32,000 bases of DNA, from positions 63,816 to 95,815 of the forward strand of contig JAQVDW010000006.1 in the NCBI GenBank assembly GCA_028698185.1, read 5' to 3'. Source of the stretch: Erysipelotrichaceae bacterium (GTDB lineage Bacteria > Bacillota_I > Bacilli_A > Erysipelotrichales > Coprobacillaceae). Positions 26,148-32,000 of the stretch are shown piece after piece. Under the pieces are notes generated by a model. That model was not told where the DNA came from. It saw only the letters and a program-made list of their open reading frames with translations, and did no database searches. The translations under genes were made by a program, and so were the position numbers. Each line of letters opens with the position of its first letter. Within the stretch, counting starts at the first letter, position 1.

Positions 26148-27185
26148 CTAAAGACTGTTTGGCGCCTGGTCGATTCCCATCGATTCTTCAAGACCATACA
26201 TGATGTTCATATTCTGGATTGCCTGACCGGCCGCACCTTTAACCAAATTATCCATCGCTCCCACTACTATTATTCTATTACATCTAGGATCGATTTTAAA
26301 GTTAATATCAATATAATTCGAGCATCTCACGTTACGGATTTCCGGATACACCCCGTCTTTAAGCACCCTCAGGAATTTTTCATCGTCGTACATCTTGTAT
26401 GCTCGGGCCACATCTTCCTGGGTGATTCCCTCTTTCAAAGTCGCATACGATGTTGTCAGGATTCCGCGGTTGATCGGGATGAGATGAGGCGTGAAAGTCA
26501 CATTGAACTTTTCGCCTGAAGCCCCATTGAGGATCATTTCGATTTCCGGAGTATGGCGATGATTTGCGATTCCATACGCCTTCACGCTTTCATTGACTTC
26601 ACAAAACAGGTTCGGGATCTTAGCCGAGCGGCCCGCACCCGATGTCCCTGAAAGGGCATCGATGATGATTGTGTCGGTTTCGATAAGTCCCGCCTTAACC
26701 AGTGGATACAAAGAAAGCGAAGAACATGTAGGATAGCATCCCGGGTTGGCCAGCAGCCGCGCGTCTTTGATCTGGTCGCGATTGATTTCGCAAAGACCGA
26801 ACACCGCATTTTCCATCATGTTCCAGCTAGGATGTCCGCATTGATACCACTGTTCATATGTCTCCTGGTCATCAAGACGGTAATCCGCCGACAGGTCGAT
26901 GACCTTCACTTTTTCGAGCATTTCCTTGGTGATCATCTTTGAAGCCACCCCATGAGGCGTCGCAAAGAACACCACATCAACCTGATCAAGATAGTCTTCT
27001 AGATTGTCGCTGATGAGCTCGTCATCGACGATATTGAAATAGCTGCCATAAATGTCACTGAACTGTTCCTTAGCATATGAACGTGATGAAAGCCACACAA
27101 TCTTAGCTTCCTGATGATTCAACAATAACCTGACCAATTCATTTCCACCGTATCCGGTTGCACCTACTATTCCTACTTTTACCAT
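26148..27185 (-). CDS. argC: N-acetyl-gamma-glutamyl-phosphate reductase
   Basis: 345 aa. The N-terminal NAD-binding block is VGIVGATGYGG. The active-site block is ANPGCYPT. Confidence 0.95.
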   Translation of the reverse strand: MVKVGIVGATGYGGNELVRLLLNHQEAKIVWLSSRSYAKEQFSDIYGSYFNIVDDELISDNLEDYLDQVDVVFFATPHGVASKMITKEMLEKVKVIDLSADYRLDDQETYEQWYQCGHPSWNMMENAVFGLCEINRDQIKDARLLANPGCYPTCSSLSLYPLVKAGLIETDTIIIDALSGTSGAGRSAKIPNLFCEVNESVKAYGIANHRHTPEIEMILNGASGEKFNVTFTPHLIPINRGILTTSYATLKEGITQEDVARAYKMYDDEKFLRVLKDGVYPEIRNVRCSNYIDINFKIDPRCNRIIVVGAMDNLVKGAAGQAIQNMNIMYGLEESMGIDQAPNSL

Positions 27186-27208
27186 TTTCTTCTCTCCTTT
27201 TAAAATAC

Positions 27209-27441
27209 AAAAAAACGCCCCATAAAAGAGACGTTTTTAACGCGATACCACTCTACTTGCCATCAGTTGACCTGATAACCTCTTTCACTGATAAGGGCAG
27301 TCACCCGAAAGTTATACTTGATTTCCAACTTTCCTCTCCAAAATGCGCTTGGGATTATTTATGTCGCTGACCTTCCACCGCCGTCAGCTCGCTTGAGACT
27401 TCCATAATCTTACTCTTTTTGTCATCGAGTTCAATTTATTT
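27209..27441 (-). promoter_or_regulatory. T-box leader with Arg specifier CGC, controlling argCJB (copy 1 of a duplicated leader)
   Basis: All reads are on the minus strand. The stem I base is GATGACAAAA-AGAGTA. The distal loop is GGCGGTGGAAGG. The specifier loop CCAAG-CGC-A is followed by TTTTG, which pairs with CAAAA (codon at 27347-27345). The T-box sequence GTAGAGTGGTATCGCG lies at 27241-27256. The terminator AACGTCTC..GGGGCGTT plus T7 lies at 27209-27240. Confidence 0.85.
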
Positions 27442-27447
27442 ACATTC

Positions 27448-27475
27448 ATTATAGACAATAACCGTTCATTGTCAA
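27448..27475 (-). promoter_or_regulatory. Promoter of the argCJB T-box leader
   Basis: Minus strand: TTGACA (27475-27470), 16-nt spacer, TATAAT (27453-27448). Confidence 0.65.
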
Positions 27476-27514
27476 CTATTTTCTTGGTTATTCTTAAATT
27501 TCTTTGGATTATTC

Positions 27515-28498
27515 TTATTTTCCTAAAGTTGCCACCAAAACAGCCTTAATCGTATGCATCCGGTTTTCAGCTTCCTGGAAGACAACCGAACTCTTCGAAC
27601 GGAAAACATCATCCTCAACTTCGCGGATGTCGATTCCTTGTTCTTTCTTTTCTTTAGCCAGGACTGTGTTGAAATCATGGAATGAAGGCAGACAGTGCAT
27701 GAACAGCACATTGTCGTTTTTGGTCTTTGCCATCATTACAGGGGTAACCTTGTATGGTTGTAGCAGGTCGACCCGGGTCTTGTACAATTCTTCAGGTTCT
27801 CCCATCGACACCCAGATGTCAGTATAGATGACATCTGCTCCCTCGATATCATCCAAAGATGATGTCACAGTGACCGAACCGCCAGATTTTTTCGCCTCTT
27901 CCTGGCAGTATGCCAGCACCTCAGGGTCGACTTCTAATGCATCCGGTCCAAGACATATAAAATCCATCCCCATTTTGCACGCCCCGTACATCAGACCGTA
28001 GCACACGTTGTTGCGGATGTCTCCGGCGAAGACGAATTTGACTTCGTTTAGAGGCTTGTCCAGGTTCTCCTCGATGGTCAAGAAATCAGCCAGTGTTTGA
28101 GTCGGATGATCCACGTCGGTCAGACCGTTGTAGACAGGCACACCTGAATACTTGGCCAGATCTTCCACCAATTGTTGGGAAAAACCGCGGTATTCGATCC
28201 CGTCATAGATCCCGCCTAGGACCTTGGCAGAATCTTCAACAGATTCCTTGACATTGAATTGCGAATTGTCAAGGAACGTCACATTCCCGCCTTCATCATT
28301 GATTGCAACTTCGAATGAGCACCGGGTTCTAGTCGAAGTTTTGTCGAAAATAAGGACAATGTTTTTCCCCGCCAGCGAGCTGCCGATGATGCCTTGTTTT
28401 TTCTTGGCCTTCAATTCCTTCGACAAGTCCAGCAAATAACGGATTTCCTCTTTTGTGTAATCCTTAAGGGTTAAAAAGCTTCTGTTTTTCAAGTTCAT
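27515..28498 (-). CDS. argF: Ornithine carbamoyltransferase
   Basis: 327 aa counted from ATG 28498, with AAAGGAGAAAAAC upstream. Blocks are STRTRCSFE, HPTQ, DIWVSMGE (ornithine-binding DxxxSMG) and HCLPSFH. Confidence 0.95.
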   Translation of the reverse strand: MNLKNRSFLTLKDYTKEEIRYLLDLSKELKAKKKQGIIGSSLAGKNIVLIFDKTSTRTRCSFEVAINDEGGNVTFLDNSQFNVKESVEDSAKVLGGIYDGIEYRGFSQQLVEDLAKYSGVPVYNGLTDVDHPTQTLADFLTIEENLDKPLNEVKFVFAGDIRNNVCYGLMYGACKMGMDFICLGPDALEVDPEVLAYCQEEAKKSGGSVTVTSSLDDIEGADVIYTDIWVSMGEPEELYKTRVDLLQPYKVTPVMMAKTKNDNVLFMHCLPSFHDFNTVLAKEKKEQGIDIREVEDDVFRSKSSVVFQEAENRMHTIKAVLVATLGK

Positions 28499-28511
28499 AT
28501 GTTTTTCTCCT

Positions 28512-29468
28512 TTAAAGTAGTTGTTGATATAAGCGCAAAACATTCAGGTGGGTTATCTTCTTGACTTCCACCGGGGTGAATTCCTTTTTCAATGCCCGAA
28601 CCAGATTGGGCAGGGCTCGGCCGTCATAAACTTCCAGCTTGCCATCGATGCCGTCGAAGTCGCTCCCCAGACCGACATTGTCAAGCACGCCCAACTTCTC
28701 AAAATGCTTCAGATGGCGGACCATGTCCGCTATCCTTGATTCATTGGCGCGATCATCGCTCAAGAAATCCCCAAGATAATTCAGACCTATGACACAGCCT
28801 CTTTGAGCCATCGCCACAATCAGATCATCAGGCAGATTGCGCCCGACATCACAGCATGCCCTGGCGTTAGAATGCGACGCTACGAAAGGCTTTGTGGTAT
28901 GTTCCAGGACGTCGCCGACCACCTTGTCCGAGCAATGGGACACATCGATGATTATGCCTAGCTCCTCCATCTTCTTGACATAGGCGATTCCATAAGCGCT
29001 AAGACCGTTGTCCCGATCGATCCGCCTGAGGTCCTCGTAGCTCTCGAGATTGTAGCCGTCGAGATTGGGGAAGCCGACCCGGTTTGGATAATTCCAGGTC
29101 AAAGTTATCATCCTTACCCCTAGACCGTAGAACTCCTCAAGCCTTTCATAAGGGATAAGCTCGCTGTCCTCGACGGTAAGAAGCGCGTTTAGTTTTGAAT
29201 GGTCAAGGTCATCATATTTGAAAACCGGTTTGATTCTCTCCTTGTTGGCCTCGAGCTGTTCATAGTAATAGGCGATGATTTTTTTTGTCAGATCATCCAA
29301 GTTTTCATACTCGGTCATATCCAAAAATATCGCAAAATTCTGGAGCAGATAATCACCGGACTCGAGTTTTTGAAGATCGAGATGACATTCATTTTCACGA
29401 AGTTGATCGTCTTCATCATCGAAATACAGCCGGGTTATCGTATCACAGTGCAAATCCACAATTCTCAT
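28512..29468 (-). CDS. Membrane-dipeptidase family protein (peptidase M19)
   Basis: 318 aa counted from ATG 29468, with GAGGTGG upstream. M19 zinc-site blocks are VDLHCDT, IIDVSHCSD, ASHSNARA and GLGSDFDG. Confidence 0.85.
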   Translation of the reverse strand: MRIVDLHCDTITRLYFDDEDDQLRENECHLDLQKLESGDYLLQNFAIFLDMTEYENLDDLTKKIIAYYYEQLEANKERIKPVFKYDDLDHSKLNALLTVEDSELIPYERLEEFYGLGVRMITLTWNYPNRVGFPNLDGYNLESYEDLRRIDRDNGLSAYGIAYVKKMEELGIIIDVSHCSDKVVGDVLEHTTKPFVASHSNARACCDVGRNLPDDLIVAMAQRGCVIGLNYLGDFLSDDRANESRIADMVRHLKHFEKLGVLDNVGLGSDFDGIDGKLEVYDGRALPNLVRALKKEFTPVEVKKITHLNVLRLYQQLL

Positions 29469-29511
29469 AAGCCACCTCGATAAAATAATACCATCAATCA
29501 AAGAAAAATAC

Positions 29512-29735
29512 AAAAAAACGCCTCTAAAAAAGAGACGTTGTTAACGCGATACCACTCTACTTGCCATCAGTTGACCTGATGACCTCTTTCACTGATAAGG
29601 GCAGTCACCCGAAAGTTATACTTGATTTCCAACTTTCCTCTCCAAAATGCGTTTGGGATTATTTATGTCGCTGACCTTCCACCATCGTCAGTTCGCTTGA
29701 GACTTCCATAATCTTACTCTTTTTTTCCACGAGTT
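29512..29735 (-). promoter_or_regulatory. T-box leader with Arg specifier CGC, controlling the M19 dipeptidase and argF (copy 2 of the duplicated leader)
   Basis: It has the same architecture as 27209-27441. The specifier loop is CCAAA-CGC-A (codon at 29651-29649). The T-box sequence lies at 29545-29560. The terminator AACGTCTCT-TTTTT-AGAGGCGTT plus T7 completes the leader. By manual alignment there are 6 substitutions against copy 1 over the roughly 190-nt core. Confidence 0.85.
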
Positions 29736-29741
29736 ACATAT

Positions 29742-29769
29742 ATTATAGACAATATCAGTAATCTGTCAA
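29742..29769 (-). promoter_or_regulatory. Promoter of the second Arg T-box leader
   Basis: Minus strand: TTGACA (29769-29764), 16-nt spacer, TATAAT (29747-29742). Confidence 0.65.
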
Positions 29770-29822
29770 GCCGTTTCGAAAAATTAGACGCATCGTTTCA
29801 AATGGAGATTTTTCACATGCCG

Positions 29823-30677
29823 TTAATTCTTGATGATTGTCTGGATCGCCAGACTGCCTAGACCCGCATGGCTGGTCAGCACCGCCGGCAACTCGACGAT
29901 TTCGGTTTCAATGTTGTCGAAATGGAGCTTCAGATATTCCTCAAACTTCTTTGCTAGGGGCGAATTGTTTCCATGAGCGAGATATATCTTATAATTTATT
30001 CCATTCACCCCGATTTTGGCGAAATGATCCCTAATGGAAGACATGATTTTCGATTCGGTCCGGGCCATTTCGAACTTGTCGATCTGGGTCCCGTCCTCCT
30101 TCAAGGCCAGCAGGACCTTGATTTTTAGCATCCCTGCCACGCCGGCCGCCAATGTCGAAAGCCTGCCTGATCTTGACAGCTGTTTGAAATTTTCGGGATA
30201 AAGAAAAGAGAAGTTATGGTCCATTTTGTGTTTGACCATGGCGACTATATCATCTTTACTCGCGCCAGAAACAGCCATTTTCTTCGCGGTGATGGCCATA
30301 TCCAAGATCGGCGCCCCGATGGTCCGGGTGTCGATGACAGTGATATTGTCCATTTCCAGCTGTTCCTTGGCCAGATTGACCCCGGAATAAGTCCCCGAGA
30401 GATCGCTTGAGCAGCAAAGGACGATGATTTGGTCGTAGCCTTCTTCTGTCCAATCCTGCATTTTGGTCATTATGTACCCGGTATTGGGCTGGCTGGTAGA
30501 AGGCACAGCTCCGGACTTTAGCTGTTCATAAAGCTCGCCAGTGGAAATATCGATCTGGTCCTTGTATTCGACGCCATCGATAATGACAGATAAAGAGAGC
30601 AACTCGATTCCTTCTTTTGCTGCCCGTTCATTGTCCATCGAACTGGTGGAATCGGCAACTATGAGTATCCTATCCAA
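29823..30677 (-). CDS. DegV family (fatty-acid-binding) protein
   Basis: 284 aa counted from TTG 30677. That start gives the family-typical N-terminus (M)DRILIVADSTSS, with GGAG 10 nt upstream. The track ORF extension to 30803 overlaps the upstream small gene. Confidence 0.8.
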   Translation of the reverse strand: MDRILIVADSTSSMDNERAAKEGIELLSLSVIIDGVEYKDQIDISTGELYEQLKSGAVPSTSQPNTGYIMTKMQDWTEEGYDQIIVLCCSSDLSGTYSGVNLAKEQLEMDNITVIDTRTIGAPILDMAITAKKMAVSGASKDDIVAMVKHKMDHNFSFLYPENFKQLSRSGRLSTLAAGVAGMLKIKVLLALKEDGTQIDKFEMARTESKIMSSIRDHFAKIGVNGINYKIYLAHGNNSPLAKKFEEYLKLHFDNIETEIVELPAVLTSHAGLGSLAIQTIIKN

Positions 30678-30936
30678 ATTGACCCATCTCCATTTCAACC
30701 GCAAATTCCTTATAGTTTCTTGTGAGGTGTTTGGTTGACTTGAGCCAGTAAATTGCCTCGTCAAACTCCTCCTGATTGAAACCATCCAATATACCGCTGA
30801 CAATCAGCTTGCATACATCGTAATTGCTTTGCCACAGGGCATCCAATACGTCCTCGTCAGCTTTTTGATCCGCCTGTTCAGACTCCAGGTATACTTCAAG
30901 GTCGCGCCCCGCCTCAATAGCTTCTTCATATGTCAT
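30670..30936 (-). CDS. Hypothetical small acidic protein (88 aa)
   Basis: It has a strong RBS (AAGGAGG 7 nt upstream of the ATG). Its stop overlaps the DegV TTG start by 8 nt. I recognise no family. Confidence 0.6.
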   Translation of the reverse strand: MTYEEAIEAGRDLEVYLESEQADQKADEDVLDALWQSNYDVCKLIVSGILDGFNQEEFDEAIYWLKSTKHLTRNYKEFAVEMEMGQFG

Positions 30937-31013
30937 AATACATCCTCCTTGTAATATTTCTTATTTTATTATATCATCATAATGTCCAAAAAAAAATAAA
31001 GGAGAATCACTAT

Positions 31014-31256
31014 ATGAAATCAGTATCAGCCTTCGATGCGCCGTTCATCAATAAAATATTCAACGAGAGAAACATCCCTGCCAAGATCAAACTCCACGAT
31101 ACTTGCGGTTCCCAGTCACTGGAATTGGTCTATGACGAGCAGGACAGCAGTATCGATATCGACGAGCTTATTGTAATCATAAACGAGTATTTCAAAAACA
31201 AATATATCAGAATCGAAAAAGGTCCGATTAATCCACGTATTCTTCAAATAAAGTAG
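31014..31256 (+). CDS. Hypothetical protein (80 aa)
   Basis: The RBS AAAGGAGA lies 8 nt upstream of the ATG. It is divergent from the 88-aa/DegV pair. I recognise no family. Confidence 0.5.
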   Translation: MKSVSAFDAPFINKIFNERNIPAKIKLHDTCGSQSLELVYDEQDSSIDIDELIVIINEYFKNKYIRIEKGPINPRILQIK

Positions 31257-31319
31257 ACCCCGTCTTGATTTGAGGCTTTCGTTTATATAAAAAATTGTAG
31301 TTTTTTTTGTAAAAAAGTA

Positions 31320-31348
31320 TTGCATTAGTGCCGATTAGGTGTTATTAT
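31320..31348 (+). promoter_or_regulatory. Promoter of the tRNA operon
   Basis: TTGCAT (31320-31325), 17-nt spacer, TATTAT (31343-31348), about 28 nt upstream of the first tRNA. Confidence 0.55.
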
Positions 31349-31375
31349 CAATGGGCACTAAGCGATACAGATTCT

Positions 31376-31451
31376 GCTTGAATAGCTCAGTTGGTAGAGC
31401 ACTCGGCTGTTAACCGAGCGGTCGTAGGTTCGAGTCCTACTTCAAGCGCCA
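31376..31451 (+). tRNA. tRNA-Asn (GTT)
   Basis: The acceptor stem pairs GCTTGAA with TTCAAGC. The D arm is TAGCTCAGTTGGTAGAGCA, the anticodon loop is CTGTTAA and the T arm is GGTTCGAGTCC. CCA is encoded. Confidence 0.9.
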
Positions 31452-31456
31452 TTTGG

Positions 31457-31532
31457 GGCCCGTTGGAGAAACGGTTAACTCACATGCCTTTCACGCATGC
31501 ATTCACGGGTTCGAATCCCGTACGGGTCACCA
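31457..31532 (+). tRNA. tRNA-Glu (TTC)
   Basis: The acceptor stem pairs GGCCCGT with ACGGGTC. The anticodon stem-loop is CATGC-CTTTCAC-GCATG and the T arm is GGTTCGAATCC. CCA is encoded. Confidence 0.9.
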
Positions 31533-31543
31533 TTAATATATTT

Positions 31544-31619
31544 GGGGGTTTAGCTCAGTTGGGAGAGCATCTGCCTTACAAGCAGAGGGTCAGCGGTTCG
31601 AGCCCGTTAACCCCCACCA
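31544..31619 (+). tRNA. tRNA-Val (TAC)
   Basis: The acceptor stem pairs GGGGGTT with AACCCCC. The anticodon stem-loop is CTGCC-TTACAAG-CAG with anticodon TAC. CCA is encoded. Confidence 0.9.
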
Positions 31620-31629
31620 TTTTTTATAA

Positions 31630-31705
<76 letters not shown>

Positions 31706-31711
31706 TATCAA

Positions 31712-31787
31712 GACCCGCTAGCTCAGTCGGTAGAGCATCTGACTTTTAATCAGAGGGTCAGGCGTTCGAGTCGCCTGCGGGTCACCA
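31712..31787 (+). tRNA. tRNA-Lys (TTT)
   Basis: The acceptor stem pairs GACCCGC with GCGGGTC. The anticodon loop is CTTTTAA. CCA is encoded. Confidence 0.9.
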
Positions 31788-31797
31788 TTTGAATATT

Positions 31798-31880
31798 GCG
31801 GGTGTGGCGAAATTGGCAGACGCACCAGACTTAGGATCTGGCGGGTAACCGTGGGGGTTCGAGTCCCTTCACCCGCACCA
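31798..31880 (+). tRNA. tRNA-Leu (TAG), class II with a long variable arm
   Basis: The acceptor stem pairs GCGGGTG with CACCCGC. The anticodon loop is CTTAGGA and the variable arm is GGCGGGTAACCGTG. CCA is encoded. Confidence 0.9.
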
Positions 31881-31885
31881 TACTA

Positions 31886-31916
31886 AAAATGACGGCTTAT
31901 TACGGCCGTTTTTTCT
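31886..31916 (+). terminator. Terminator after the tRNA operon
   Basis: AAAAATG-ACGGC-TTATTACG-GCCGT-TTTTTT. The G/C stem is short and is extended by A/T pairs. Confidence 0.5.
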
Positions 31917-32000
31917 TTTAATTTATATACCCGATATCGAATTTGCTCGAACCTTTAATGCATCCAATACCTGTAGTAACCTTGAATTTCGTTGTCTTTG

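Noticed and set aside
27341-27350. An alternative reading of the Arg T-box specifier as GCG (Ala) in copy 1.
   Set aside because: The same register gives ACG (Thr) in copy 2. In contrast, CGC followed by the conserved purine and the lower helix is identical in both copies and matches the regulated arg genes.
27158-27827. Plus-strand ORFs at 27158-27370 and 27504-27827.
   Set aside because: The first is the antisense of the Arg T-box leader. The second is antisense to argF. Neither has translation signals.

Overview
This is a chromosomal, mostly housekeeping window from a low-GC Gram-positive bacterium (Bacillota). That placement rests on TTGACA/TATAAT promoters, strong GGAGG ribosome-binding sites, three T-box leaders and a V-type ATPase; I cannot place it more precisely. 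All gene calls rest on my own motif recognition in the translations, because no searches were run.

Genes from left to right:
- The 5' end of a DAHP synthase gene, behind a Tyr-specific T-box.
- A TetR regulator, a GNAT acetyltransferase, aroD and ppk1.
- A 10-gene V-type ATPase operon on the minus strand, in the order G-like, C, truncated I paralog, I, K, F, E, A, B, D.
- An aminopeptidase P gene.
- A translationally coupled pair: a B12-type radical SAM enzyme and an orphan ATP-cone protein.
- A tightly overlapped operon of an RpiR regulator, a two-subunit Fe-S hydro-lyase (fumarate/tartrate type) and a VanY-like M15 peptidase.
- argC-argJ-argB, and an M19 dipeptidase with argF. Each unit sits behind a nearly identical Arg-specific (CGC) T-box leader with its own promoter.
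- A small acidic protein coupled to a DegV gene, then a divergent 80-aa protein.
- A six-gene tRNA operon (Asn, Glu, Val, Thr, Lys, Leu).

I saw no transposases, integrases, phage genes, CRISPR arrays or rRNA.

The most unusual items are:
- the radical SAM/ATP-cone cassette;
- the second, truncated V-ATPase I subunit;
- the duplicated Arg T-box regulon that includes a dipeptidase;
- the RpiR/hydro-lyase/peptidase operon.
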